A stretch of DNA of 64,000 nucleotides, taken from Octopus sinensis. Its lineage: Eukaryota. The notes under the pieces are model-generated. The model had not been told where the DNA came from. It saw only the letters and a list, made by a program, of their open reading frames with translations, and ran no database searches. Below are positions 40,483-54,012 of this stretch, in pieces. Both the position numbers and the translations under genes were made by a program. The stretch lies in the NCBI RefSeq assembly GCF_006345805.1, contig NC_043016.1, positions 2,542,001-2,606,000 of the forward strand. The letters are read 5' to 3'. Positions within the stretch are counted from its first letter, which is position 1. Each line of letters starts with the position of its first letter.

Positions 40483-40781
40483 TCTATTCCCCTTTTTTTT
40501 ATATATAGGTTTTTTATATATAGTTATTTTTTTTTTATTATTTTATTTTTAAAATTTTTTTTTTTTTTATTTATTCTTCTATCTAATTTAACACTGACTC
40601 CTTGACCACTCCCCCAAGTATGATATTTTGCGCTATGCCTACCCCCAAAAAGTCCCCACCAACACCCCGTTAAACCTGCCTAAATGTAATAAATGCCAAT
40701 ACAATTCTTGTTAACTAGCTTCCTGAAGATTTCTCTTGAATGAAACAGTTCTATCCCGTAGAAGCTCCTTCTATATAATAA
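40483..40781 (+). repeat. Right arm of the inverted-repeat pair (family C)
   Basis: TCTATTCCCC...CTTCTATATAATAA mirrors 37901-38189. Confidence 0.85.
40717..40766 (+). ncRNA. Candidate type I hammerhead ribozyme, family C (weak stem II)
   Basis: AGCUUC CUGAAGA U-UUC-UCUU-GAA-U GAAA CAG UUCUAUC CCG UA GAAGCU: perfect 6 bp stem I, canonical core and GUA site, but stem II has only 3 bp with a U.U at its base, and stem III has one mismatch (corrected in the left copy). Confidence 0.45.
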
Positions 40782-40855
40782 ATTAATTTTACTCTGCTAT
40801 GTATTGAGTACCTTATTTACTGTGGTTAACCCCGTATCAACCCGGGACCTACATA

Positions 40856-40894
<39 letters not shown>

Positions 40895-41110
40895 TAAAGA
40901 AAATAAGTTGGCTAGCAGCAAGCTGTTTCGCCTATACCGAAGGAATTAGAAATGGCAGTCAAAGACCGTTTTTTCCATTTCTATAAGTGGAGATTCCAAA
41001 AACGAAGGCCCTTGCGGCTCACATACACAAAACCGGAGTGGCAAATATACGAATTCAGTCACTTACCGTTAATAGCGAACACGGTGTTTCTGGATCACAA
41101 ACATATAAAA

Positions 41111-41169
<59 letters not shown>

Positions 41170-41180
41170 ATATATATATT

Positions 41181-41212
<32 letters not shown>

Positions 41213-41213
41213 A

Positions 41214-41268
<55 letters not shown>

Positions 41269-41914
41269 TACATACACACCACACACGTATACATATATAT
41301 ATTTACATACATATACATACATGTATTATGTATGTATGTATATTGTTTAAAATTAAATATTTTTTGAAATATATAATACATATTGGGTGTCATGACGTTT
41401 GGGTTTTTTTTTTTTACGAACATCTCTGGTTTGTTTACTTCCATTCTAAATTTCTGCGCTGCTCCACTTTACGGAAACTTATGAATGCTCTACTTTGCTC
41501 TAAGTAATATAATATCTGAGTAGCTTGAATATATAGGACGGAATTTTTATGGCTTATATATAATACATACATATACATACATAACGTTTTATATATATAT
41601 ATACTATATATATATAGATATATATTATATATAGTATTTTTTATATAAGCTTAAAGCTTATGGCGATCACCGTACAATGACTAAGAAATATAGTCTAATA
41701 AAGGGGCATATAAGCCCTCGACAGGAAAAAAGAAGGCTTTCCTATCCGCGTGGTATAGCCATTAACTTGAAGCTTATATAAAAATACCACAATTATTACT
41801 TACAGGATTGTAAAAACGGCGCCGAATAAAAAACCATTCACACCGAAAGCATATATATATATATATATATATATTGTATGTATGTATGTATGTATGTATG
41901 TATGTATGTATGTA

Positions 41915-41951
<37 letters not shown>

Positions 41952-42888
41952 GCTTATGAAAATCAGAGCACCAGACATTGTGGTATTTAAGTCCCAAAAT
42001 AGACGTGTGCTCTAAAGGTGGATATTTTGTGTATATTAGAATCGGTATAATTGAGCAAAATCTTTGAAGAACTGCAGAATATTTATGAAAGTACTAGAAG
42101 AATATTGTGTGTGTATGTGAGTGAGGTTCCAATTGCAGTCTGAAGCGCATAGTTCTACAACTGCACAAGCTCCTAACTAATCTGTGTATGAATATTAGTT
42201 TCAGGAAATGTCCGGACATGCGGAAGGTACGGAAGCAGTTGTTTAGCAAAACCTTTCATGCAACAATTTCATCTTATCTCTCAGCGCTGAAAGCTGGCAT
42301 TTATGGTGTTATTTTACCGAGAACATATCAGCTAGCTCTTATTCGCAGATGGAGAAATTTGGGGAAGCTAAGATTCATAAAGTACAACGATGCCTCTGCC
42401 ACAACTGTATTGCACTGAGCCGAGTTATTTGAGTATGGTATGTGAAGTATTCCGGACACTTTTCCGATGCGCTTTGGTACAAAGTAGCTATTCCTTCCGT
42501 CTGCTGTTCGTTCGCCGTCATTGCATAGCGCTCGCTTCTCCTAATCACTGTTGTTATTACGTATAGTGCGAATATATTCAGTCTTTCACTGCTTACTGTC
42601 CATTGTAACTTCCTGTAGGTCAATATTTTTCTTGTAAGTCAGCTTAAAGTGCAGGTAAAGATGTAATGGCTGCAGTTCATTGATGAATCCATTCTTTTAC
42701 ACAGTGCTGTCTCAACTATCACTTTTCAATAATTTTCTAAAGGATTTCATCGTGACAAAGCCAACGTTTAAGGAGATCTTAGCTTAACATATTACACACG
42801 TTAGATGTCTGTCGCAAGATTACCTCTACATGGCGAAAAGAAATATGGAATTAAAGAGAAATAAAAGGGAAGAACTTAAGGAAGCTCG

Positions 42889-43298
42889 AGGCGCAGGAGT
42901 GGCTGTGTGGTAAGTAGCTTGCTAACCAACCACACGGTTCCGGGTTCAGTCCCACTGCGTGGCATCTTGGGCAAGTGTCTTCTGCTATAGCCCCAGGCCG
43001 ACCAATGCCTTTTGAGTGGATTTGGTAGACGGAAACTGAAAGAAGCCTGTCGTATATATGTATATATATATAAGTGTGTGTGTCATAATGTTTGTGTGTC
43101 TGTGTTGTCCCCCTAGCATTGCTTGACAACCGATGCTGGTGTGTTTACGTCCCCGTCACTTAGCGGTTCGGCAAAAGAGACCGATAGAATAAGTAATGGG
43201 CTTACAAAGAATAAGTCCCGGGGTCGATTTGCTCGACTAAAGGCGGTGCTCCAGCATGGCCGCAGTCAAATGACTGAAACAAGTAAAAGAGTAAAGAG
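42889..43298 (+). mobile_element. S-B SINE, full-length reference copy
   Basis: tRNA-like head (GTGGCTGTGTGGTAAG; GGTTCAGTCCC), internal (TA)/(TG) tract, and tail CAAGTAAAAGAGTAAAGAG. Confidence 0.88.
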
Positions 43299-43345
43299 TA
43301 TGCCACCGAATCAAGATTCAGTTTAGAATATATGAATAATGAAAT

Positions 43346-43548
43346 TAACGAAGCGAGCTGGCAGAATCGTTAGCTTCCCGTAATAAAATAAGCGGCATTT
43401 CTTCTGAATTTACGTTCAAGTTCAAATGCTGCCGTGGTGTACTTTACCTCTCATCGTTTCGGGACTGATAAAATAAGTACCAGTCAGTGGAACCGACTTG
43501 AAACCTCCCCCACAATCGGTGCTCTTGTACCAAAATTTGAAACCCATG
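43346..43548 (+). mobile_element. S-A SINE, diverged
   Basis: GCGAGCTGGCAGAATCGTTAGC...AAGTTCAAATGC...GATAAAATAAGTACCAG. Confidence 0.7.
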
Positions 43549-43629
43549 CATGAATAACAAATTCTACTAAAATACCTTAAAGATGTTTTCTTACCTCTTG
43601 TTTGCATAAACAATCATGCATACACATGC

Positions 43630-43664
<35 letters not shown>

Positions 43665-43883
43665 CACATGCATACGTAAATATAAATGTATGTCTGTGTG
43701 TAATATATATACATACACACATATATATGTATAACTAACTAACTAACATATACGTTTTGTATATGTGAGCGATATATATATGTATGCATATATAGATATA
43801 TATACACATACATATATATATATGTATATATGTACATTCATGTATACGTATTATGTCTATATATACATATACATGTATAATCA

Positions 43884-43923
<40 letters not shown>

Positions 43924-43924
43924 C

Positions 43925-44016
<92 letters not shown>

Positions 44017-44203
44017 ATAAGTACCAGTTACGTACTGGGGTCGATATAATCGACTTAATCCGTTCGTCTGTCCTTGTTTGTCCCCTTTGTGTGTAGCCCC
44101 TTGTGGGCAGGAAAAAAAAAGTAAACCCCTTTTATATCTCTTGAATTCCATATTTCTTTTCTCCAAGTAGCGGTAATCTTGCGACAGGTATCTAGCGTGT
44201 TTA

Positions 44204-44284
<81 letters not shown>

Positions 44285-44429
44285 CTTGGAGAGAAGATTT
44301 TCCCTCAATAAGTTAAGATTGAGGAAAGAACCTTTTCTAAAAAGATTCTTTTCTCAATCATAACTCATTGAAAAAAAATCTTCTCTCCAAATATTATAAC
44401 TGTATCAAGACATTTCTAATACACTCCAA

Positions 44430-44466
<37 letters not shown>

Positions 44467-44643
44467 ATATAGGTATTTTGGTGCAAAGAGAAAAATAGAA
44501 GTCAAAATGAATGTATGAATATTTTTATATTATTATAGTAAGCAGAAGCAACACAGTGACACAAGAGCCAAGAATTTCATGCGTTGACACTTATCAAATA
44601 TATATTCGCCTATTTATGCATATAAGCACGTGCGTATATATAT

Positions 44644-44702
<59 letters not shown>

Positions 44703-44715
44703 TGTTGTTGTAGTT

Positions 44716-44761
<46 letters not shown>

Positions 44762-44908
44762 GCGTACTATAAGGGAACAATCAAGTTCCCTTTGGAACCA
44801 CTAGGTCCCTGGTTCCATCTCATAGTGTGCTGTTTTAGGCAAATGTCATTTTCCATAGTCTCTGGCCTAAATCTTGTGAGTAACGTTGAAGCAATTCATG
44901 TGCAATCT

Positions 44909-45028
44909 TATATGTATATAAGCGCAGACGTGGTTGTGTGGTAACAAACCTATTTCCCAAACACATAGTTCCGGGCTCAGTCCCATTGCGTGACAGCTTG
45001 GGCAAGTGTCTTCTACTATGGCTACAGG
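44909..45028 (+). repeat. 120 bp S-B SINE head fragment identical to the reverse complement of 46761-46880
   Basis: Compared base by base by eye; the ORF track shows the same peptide (SHSRRHLPKLSRNGTEPGTMCLGNRFVTTQPRLRLYTY) from both. Confidence 0.9.
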
Positions 45029-45239
45029 AAAGGAACACGTGCCTCCGGAATGCCCATTCATTCACTAGCAGGTAGTTCAGTTGGTTAGGCAACTGAAGTC
45101 TCTTCGCTGAACGACGGGGTTCCACTGTCACAACCACAAACACACACTTGCGCGCACGCACACACACACGCACACACACACACACACACACACATACATG
45201 TACACATAAATGCACGCACATAAGATACACTCACAAAGC

Positions 45240-45388
45240 AAGGTTCGCTACCGCCCCCTGCTGGAGCCTTGTGGGGCTTTATGTGTGTTCGCTGAATAAA
45301 CACTCACAACGCCCGGTCTGGGAATCGAAACCGCCCTCCCATGACCGCGAGTCTGCTGCCCTAACCACTGGGCCATTGCTCCCTCACA
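45240..45388 (-). mobile_element. S-C SINE head
   Basis: Reverse complement GTGAGGGAGCAATGGCCCAGTGGTTAGGGCAGCAGACTCGCGG...GGTTTCGATTCCC. Confidence 0.75.
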
Positions 45389-45406
45389 CACACACGCACA
45401 CACACG

Positions 45407-45454
<48 letters not shown>

Positions 45455-45529
45455 CATTGAGAGTGACATGGACAAAGAGAGACAGAGAGAAACAAGTAGA
45501 TATATATACACATTTATATATCTATAAAC

Positions 45530-45935
45530 AATACATATGGAGTGGCTGTGTGGTAAGTAGCTTGTTTACCAACCACATGGTTCCGGGTTCAGTCCCACTG
45601 CGTGGCACATTGGGCAAGTGTCTTCTACTATAGCCTCGGGCCGACCAAAGCCTTGTGATTTGGTAGACGGAAACTGAAAGAAGCCCGTCGTATATATGTA
45701 TATATTATATGCGTGTGTGTGTCTGTGTTTGTTCCCCTAGCATTGCTTGGCAACCGATGCTGGTGTGTTTATGTCCCCGTTACTTAGCGGTTCGGCAAAA
45801 GAGACCGATAGAATAATTACTGGGCTTACAAAAGAATAAGTCCCGGGGTCGAGTTGCTCGATTAAAGGCGGTGCTCCAGCATGGCCGCAGTCAAATGACT
45901 GAAACAAGTAAAAGATAAAAGAGTAAAAGAGTATA
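45530..45935 (+). mobile_element. S-B SINE, full length
   Basis: Collinear with 42889-43298. Confidence 0.88.
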
Positions 45936-46091
45936 TGCATGTTTAATATATATATTATATATATATATATATATCCGTAATAATGAAGGGTGAAATTAAT
46001 TAATTTGGAAAAATTATCAATTACACCAAGTAGTCTTCGGCATGTAAAAGCCTCATTCGAGGAAAACTCGTTGCTAAACCCTTATTGCTTA

Positions 46092-46133
<42 letters not shown>

Positions 46134-46154
46134 ATATATATATATATATATATA

Positions 46155-46228
<74 letters not shown>

Positions 46229-46255
46229 TCAGTATAATATGTGACAATTTTTCGG

Positions 46256-46330
46256 TTGCCATAATAAGACTCCAAGTTTCGGATGTCTGGGCGGAAAACT
46301 GCTACGGCATCTCGTCAGTTATCAAGGCAA
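46256..46330 (-). ncRNA. Solitary type I hammerhead ribozyme with canonical core
   Basis: UUGCCUUGAUAA CUGACGA GAUGCC-(18 nt)-GACAUCC GAAA CU UGG AG UC UUAUUAUGGCAA: stem I has 11 of 12 pairs, stem III 3 bp, GUC site between 46268 and 46267; stem II needs one bulged C. Confidence 0.7.
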
Positions 46331-46344
46331 TCAAATATTCTTTC

Positions 46345-46607
46345 CTTCTTTCATTTTTTTTATTGTTTCAATCATCTGACTGCGGTCATGCTGGAGCACC
46401 ACCTGTAGTCGAACAAATCGACTCCAGGACCTATTCTTTGTAATACTTGTAATTATTTTATTGGTTTTTTTGACGAACCGCTACGTTACGGGCAATAAAC
46501 CCACAAAGATCGGTTCTCAAGTGATGGTGGGAGGACAAATAGACACACAAACACACACACACACACACACACACAGGCGCGCGTGCACACACACACACAC
46601 ATACACA

Positions 46608-46705
<98 letters not shown>

Positions 46706-46880
46706 CGACGAGCTTCTTTCAATTTCAGTCTAACAAATCCACTCACAAGGCTTTGGTCGGCCTGTAGCCATAGTAGAAGACACTTGCCCAAGCTGTCACG
46801 CAATGGGACTGAGCCCGGAACTATGTGTTTGGGAAATAGGTTTGTTACCACACAACCACGTCTGCGCTTATATACATATA
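46345..46880 (-). mobile_element. S-B SINE, full length with an expanded internal (CA)n
   Basis: Reverse complement collinear with the S-B reference copy. Confidence 0.85.
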
Positions 46881-47449
46881 TTATTCTTAAGCAAGAATGT
46901 TGTTCACAGTGACTTCGAAGTTATGGTCAGCTAACCCATCATCAGATGATGTGTTAGATGGCCGAATCTTTCAAGTCACTGTAAACACCATTCTTGTTTG
47001 GAATTTCTACTCAACAAAATTATAGAGTAACCCATTAGATTACTGTCAAATTGTTTTTATTACAACTGAACATGGAAACAAGAATTATTATATACATATA
47101 TACAGAGAGAGGGAGAGAGAGAGAGGAGAGAGAGAGATACATACATACATACATACATACATACATACATACACATACAATACATGTGCATATAAACACA
47201 CACCACACACCACATATATGTATATATATATTATATATATATATATATATAATTATATATAGGGAGTATTCAGTAAAAAACAAAGACGAAGACAGGTGTG
47301 TAGAGAACAAATAGAGTATTAGTATACGCTCGGGAGTGAAAAAGTCTTTAACGGTTCGAGCCAAGCTCTTCTACAGAAGGGAACACAGGAAAAAACAAGT
47401 AGAGATAAAGAACGTGCAGTGGCTAATATAATATATATATATATAATTA

Positions 47450-47782
47450 GTGAAGGCGCATGGCTCAGTGTTAGAGCGTCGAGCTTACGATCGTGAGGTT
47501 GTGAGCTCGAATCCCGGACCGGGCTGCGTGTTGGTTCTTGAGCAAAGCACTTTATTTCACGTTGCTCCAGTTCACTCAGCTGTAGAAATGAGTTGCGACG
47601 TCACTGGTGCCAAGCTGTTATCGACCTTGTCTTTCCCTTGGATAACACTGGTGGCGTGGAGAGGGAGGGCTGGTATGCATGGGCGACTGCTGGTCTTCCA
47701 TAAACAACCTTGCCCGGACTTGTGTCTAGGAGGGAACTTTCTAGGTGCAATCCCATGGTCATTCATGACCGAAGGGGGTCAC
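47450..47782 (+). mobile_element. S-C tRNA-derived SINE
   Basis: A box TGGCTCAGTGTT, B-box-like AGCTCGAATCCC, and body TTGAGCAAAGCACTT...TTGCTCCAGTTCACTCAGCTGTAGAAATG; flanked by (TA)n. Confidence 0.85.
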
Positions 47783-48397
47783 AAATATATAATTAAGCAG
47801 TGTTACATTCTGCTTCAAATATTGCTGAATATTAAATATACAGTTACTCAAAAAGTTTATGGAAATGAATTAGAGAATAGAATGGGAGCAGATAAATTAA
47901 AATTATATATATAATATATAATATATATATATATATATACATACATATATATATAAAATTCTTCATAGCGTATCAGTCCTTACGTTTTATTAATAGCCTG
48001 ACATAGATTTAGTCATGTCTTGGTCACTGCCGAGATAAGTTATATCTCCTTTCTGTTTTATGACTAAGGCCACTGTCGGCCGAAATATTAGGCGTATACT
48101 TTCCAATATATATATTATATATATGTGTGTTGTGTGTGTTGGTGTGTGTGTGTGTATTTGCTTACATTTATAATTGCTGCTGAATAACTCGCAATAGGTA
48201 CATGCAAACATACATACACATATACATTACCACATGCATTCACACATGTATTCGCACATACAGGCACGCATACATACACATGCATGTATATATATATATG
48301 CAAATATTACATTTGTGTCTACAATTGAGTGTATAAGTTCATAAATCTACAAATATATGTATATCTTTGATTATCTATCTATTTATCTAGCTATCAT

Positions 48398-48464
<67 letters not shown>

Positions 48465-48551
48465 GATTACATGCAGATACATATAAATGCTTGCATTGCA
48501 CGTGCGCACAATACGTGCAGCGCAGACACACACACATAGACTTTTACGTAA

Positions 48552-48588
<37 letters not shown>

Positions 48589-48680
48589 TGTGCATACAAT
48601 TTGTCAGTTTTGAAACATAAATTTGAATCTTTACCACGTCTCCATTCCCAGCGAATTTTACATCTCTTTATACATCCACC

Positions 48681-48715
<35 letters not shown>

Positions 48716-49259
48716 TGTAGCTCTTTATATTGTTGTGTTCTTTTATTTTTCCTAACATCGAATGATAAAAATCAATACAGATTGTCGTGTCATTTCTAAT
48801 CAACGTATTCAGCGGTAAGTAATTAGAACAAAAGCCGTGTTTAAATCTCAATCATCGCTGTTTTCGAATGTTTTGCTTGAAAGTTTTAGTATTTATTTAA
48901 TTATTGCTAATACATAAAACCGTACCTAAACTTTCTTTTTTTTTTTTTTGTCTTTAATCTTTCGCGAAAATATACGAACAGAAACAAAAGAATAAAAGAA
49001 AAACGAAATTAAAAAAATAAAAAAGTTAAGAAAATTGGAAAGAAAAATGCATGAAAGAAATTATTGCATAGCATAAACAGTCTTTAGGACAGCTAATATT
49101 TTTCAACAGTAATTTTACAGATTTTCTTCTGTTGTAATTTTCGAAGTTCATCTCATATTCCATCTTTATTTTTTTTTTTGTTATTTATTCCTTTATTTAT
49201 TTATTTACATTTTCTTTTTACATTTCCTTGTTCATTTTTTCTTCTGTACTACTACAACC

Positions 49260-49420
49260 TCTTCTTCTTCCCCTTCTTCTTCTTCTTCTTCTTCTTCTTC
49301 TTCTTCTTCTTCTTCTTCTTCTTCTTCTTCTTCTTCTTCTTCTTCTTCTTCTTCTTCTTCTTCTTCTTCTTCTTCTTCTTCTTCTTCTTCTTCTTCTTCT
49401 TCTTCTTCTTCTTCTTCTAC
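49260..49420. repeat. (CTT)n microsatellite, nearly pure
   Basis: Visible directly. Confidence 0.97.
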
Positions 49421-50673
49421 AGCGTCTCAACCGAACCCACAAAAAAAGCGGCGCGCCTTCACTAACTTCAACACCACTATCACCAGCAGCAACGCCAGCA
49501 ACACCACCACCACCACCATCACTACCACCACCATCTACTACAACTACTACCAGCGCCTTAAATTGTATCCCCTCTTTTTTCTTTCTTACACTTCACATCC
49601 TAACCCCGTTACACACTTTACAAAATGACGAAAGATGGAAAAACCTTCCATTCTATGCCATAGATAGACAGTTTGGATCCTGTGATTGTAAACAATCTTA
49701 ATATATATATATAAGTAGCATGATGTGTGAAGGAACATATCAACAGGTGCGTTCTTAGATAACTGCCAAAAATATATATAATAATAAGTGGAAGGATAAA
49801 ATATCAGGAAGGCTGCATAGATGCAGATTTCAGATTATTTCTTTCTATTTCTTAATTTTCAAAGCTCTGAATGGTATCTGAAAAACTGATAAGAATTACT
49901 ATATAACAATTGCAAAAAGAAAAGGCACTCCTATCCTAAATTGTTATCTTTACAAAATATTGCTGTTTGCTGCCAGATATTAAACGCTCAATATCAACAT
50001 TTCCGCACACTGAATGCGTTATGCATTGTTCCCAAAGTGAAATAATTCCTTTTCCGATTTGCAGTCTCGGTTTCCGCTTACGATTTTCAAGACGACAGTT
50101 TTTGTGATACAACACCTCCCTCTCAACACCACTTATGTCCATTTGAACAATGATATTAACTCTGCTGTTTAACATTTATCTGCCACACTCGCCTTTTCCC
50201 TCCCACTCTGCTGCTGCTGTGATTCACACATGCCATGTGCTCTCACCCTCCCCACCTACCATCTCTCTCTCTGCCTATCTCTCTCTCTCCCTCCCTACCT
50301 CTCTCTCTCTCTCTCGTAACATTTTCCTACCATACGTAAAAAATAAAAAATAAAGAAAATGAAATCCCACATATTTCTATAAGTGTTTCGGATAATGGCC
50401 TCATAACGAGATGTATATAGCAACAACAACAACAAAAACTGTAATGATGCCGACGGCGACATTGATGGTAGTGACAATGACGAAGCAAACGTGAGAAGCG
50501 ATAGGTAGACGCTCGATCTACTAGAAATAACAACCAAAGTTTCACTAAAATCGAATCTGATTGTGTTTACAGATGTCATAAATATATTATAATAGAAGAT
50601 GGTCATTATTGGAATGTCTCCAATCATGTCTAATCGATCGGGTCTGACACTACCTAAACAACGACGAATGAAG

Positions 50674-50705
<32 letters not shown>

Positions 50706-50722
50706 GGTGGTGGTGGTGGTGA

Positions 50723-50756
<34 letters not shown>

Positions 50757-50774
50757 GATGGTGGTAAGGATAAT

Positions 50775-50953
50775 ATAGACACAACGCCTGAAATTTTGGT
50801 GGGAGAGAACTGGTCTTAAATTTATCGACTCCGAAAGGATGAAATCCAAAGTGGACCTTGGCAGAATTTAAACTCAGAACGTAAAAGACAGACGAAATGC
50901 TGCTAAACATTTTACACGGCGTGCTTAATGGTTCTGCCAGCTCGCTGCCTGAT
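50775..50953 (-). mobile_element. S-A SINE
   Basis: Reverse complement GGCAGCGAGCTGGCAGAACC...TTCTGAGTTTAAATTCTGCC...TTTCATCCTTTCGGAGTCGATAAA. Confidence 0.75.
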
Positions 50954-51129
50954 AATGATGATGATGATGATGACGACGACGACGACGATGACGATGATCA
51001 TGATGATTACGATAATAATAATAATGAACTCTCCCATCGAAGATGTCCTCTGAGTGTTCAGTCTTTTTGCTGAATGACCTGCACACAAATGATTTGTTTA
51101 TTGTAATCAAATGTATGTGTTGTACATTA

Positions 51130-51325
51130 GCTCACTCTCTCTCTCCCTCAAAACGACGTTACCTGAACAGGTGCAAGGTGTGCCATGTGTCAGGTGTCAA
51201 AGTGATTGCAGAGTAACATGAGATGAAGTGTTTTGCTCAAGGACACAATGCAAAACCTGGTCAAGCAATTGAAATCACGATCCCGTGATCATAAGTGCAA
51301 CACCCTGACCACTAAGCCGTGCATT
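51130..51325 (-). mobile_element. S-C-like SINE head and body
   Basis: Reverse complement ACGGCTTAGTGGTCAGGGTGTTGCAC...TGTGTCCTTGAGCAAAACACTT. Confidence 0.6.
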
Positions 51326-52192
51326 CTAATAATAATAGTGATGATGATGATTTCTTTTATAAGCCATTGAAGCATAGACGATGTAACATCACGAAGACAA
51401 TTAGTAATTTGAGGAGAAATAAAGAGGAAAATAGTGAAATGATACAGAAGTATACATAGCACAAAGTATGTGGTAACATGAATGATGCAGTCGTCTTGAT
51501 ACAGAAGAAACCCCATCTAGGACCAATTAAGGAACCCCACCGATCTAGGATTACCTTGACCACCAAAGGCACGAGTCCTATTCCAGATGTTGCTCTCCAA
51601 TCTAAAGGCGTACAATTCGCGGATGTCATTCAGTCTAACCTCTGTTTTGTCACAGTCGCTCATATTTTCCCAAATTCTCTGGGAGTTTGCATTTCCTTCT
51701 CCAGTTTAACTTACCTTTCCAAATGGATCATGAGAAAAGTCGATGAAGGCTTGACCGAAGAGGGCCGTGTCTTTCCTCGATGCTTTCAGCCACGTCCACC
51801 ACACAACCTCTTTCGCCAGAGTGGTTAAACATTGTCTGAATTGCCTGACGAAACGTGGGTGAGGAGGCGATACTCACGATAGATTCGGGTGATAGTTGGA
51901 TTTGCCTCACACGCGATTACAGCTCCTCGATATAGGAACAGCCTGCTCGTGAAATTAACGTGCAAGTGACTGACCAATCCACAGACACGTGTACACCTTA
52001 ACGTAATGTTGCCCGTGCTGCAGGTGGTGGCTACAAAAAAAAAAAAGAAAAAAGCTTGTAGGTGATTGTGAGTAAATACTTGTGACTTAGCCGGATTTTT
52101 TTTTTATTACTGTTCCTTATTAAAATATTGCGTAATGAAATCAGTCCATTCTTTGTGAATAACCCTGTATATATATATACACACATAGATAG

Positions 52193-52233
<41 letters not shown>

Positions 52234-53919
52234 AGCATGCATACATATATGTGTATACGTATGTATATATATGTATATATTCATACATACATATCAATGT
52301 GTGTGCGTGTCATTGTGCTTTTGTTTTTATCCCTCATCACACCCACCCATCCACCGGTATTGTTTTGTTTACGACTCCATATCAACTAAAATCTTTCAAA
52401 ATAATTCACTCTAGTTACTTTGTTACTTCTCAATGCAAATTACTTCGGTTCTGTTTCAAAAAGTAGGTCACTTCAATGTACAGTAGTATCTGCCCGCTGG
52501 TCAGCTTAAATGACAACTTATATGAGCCATTTCGAATCACCCGCCCAATCCCTCAAAGCTGTCCTTTCTCATCCCTTCAGCGTGTACTAACTGTGGTTCA
52601 CTGTCACAGAAACTTGAATTACTGAAGAACATCCAGTTGAAAACGGAACACGGAAGTGATGAGTTACAATTTGGAGACGATATTATCATAATGGAATTGG
52701 AGTTGGCTGGCATCATTGAAAAGGAATGAGTGGTGGTAATAGGAGTAAATTAAAACGAATAATTCGGTAAGCTCACAGCACCACAATATGCAAGTCTATG
52801 TGGTCAACGTTGAGTGGCACAGAATAACGATTCGAAAAGTTTGCTTGGGTTATGCATTGGTCGTTAACTAAATAGCAACTGGGGTGGTGTTAAAAGGAGG
52901 ATAGTCATTCTCATGAGAACACGAAAGACATTTCAGACAAATGTGATGATGCACTCGTGCATCACTTCGGTCGTCGTGTATTTTCGCCTTAAATTCTTCC
53001 TATACTCTCGCTTTCGTCTGTGCAAATTCGATACGTTCTATCGATCACATCACTCTTCAGCCGCTAACATCATATGCAGAGAGAACTTGGTGTTTTGTAA
53101 ATGAAAATGTATTAACACATTGTAATGCTGAGCACAAGCTGTGTCGTAGAACAGTGAACTAGTCCCCTCTCTTAAGTTCATCTCTACTACGGATCTGCAG
53201 TCCCGTGTCAAACGAAGATCAAGATATAAGAAATAGTATCAGGCGCATGCACAGCTCTCAGTCAAACTTCAAGTGGAGCTACAGGGACATTCATGTTTGC
53301 TTTCAATGACCAGCCTTCGTTATCATTCAAAACAGTCGTGAAGGCAGTTTTAATTGACTGAGGTAGAGATACATGAGCATGATGAGGTCACGAATGTCGA
53401 AAAGAAAAAAAACAAACGCCGGTGAACGAGTTAATTGTTTGATTGTGAAAACAAAGGAAGATAAACACGAATTACGTTAGAAACATATTTACATAGAGAA
53501 AGAGTAGACTGGCAAATGCATTTGCTGTTTTGTTCTTGAAAAGGGAGGCCACATTTACTGAAGTCGTAACTGATCACAAACCTTTGGCATCGTGCACATA
53601 TCACCTATGAATATTACGTAAATTTGACTTCTTGAAACAGCTGGTGAGATTAGACACTATATAAGGTTTTCCATTACACATTTTTTCCTTTATTATATAA
53701 CTTTTATTTTGCGATCCACGTAAAAACATGCCTCAAGCCTAATTATTTATCCCGCTTACAACCTCCATAACAGCTCGATATTGATTGGTCTTACAACAAC
53801 CTTCTATGCCATGGGCCTTGCCCTGGATGAAGACGTTGAAATTCAAGTTCGCATTCATTTGATCATTATTCTGTGATATCTATATAGTGCTTATTTTGCT
53901 CTCATCCACTCACTCTCCA

Positions 53920-54012
<93 letters not shown>

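Noticed and set aside
41695-41725. CTAATAA AGGG...CCCT hairpin resembling a hammerhead relic
   Set aside because: The core and GAAA are both too degenerate.
46030-46062. Minus-strand CGAAUGA GGC-UUUUACAU-GCC GAAG motif
   Set aside because: Three core mismatches and no convincing stem I or III.
49936-50175. 79 aa non-repetitive minus-strand ORF
   Set aside because: No recognisable domain, and the length is within chance expectation.
51685-51725. Minus-strand CTGGAGAAGGAAATGCAAAC resembling an RTE 5' UTR motif
   Set aside because: A short match with no associated RTE coding sequence seen.
53563-53586. VVTDHKPL, a Ty3/gypsy RNase H-like motif
   Set aside because: A single 8-residue match; the flanking frames show no convincing RT or integrase motifs and no LTRs.
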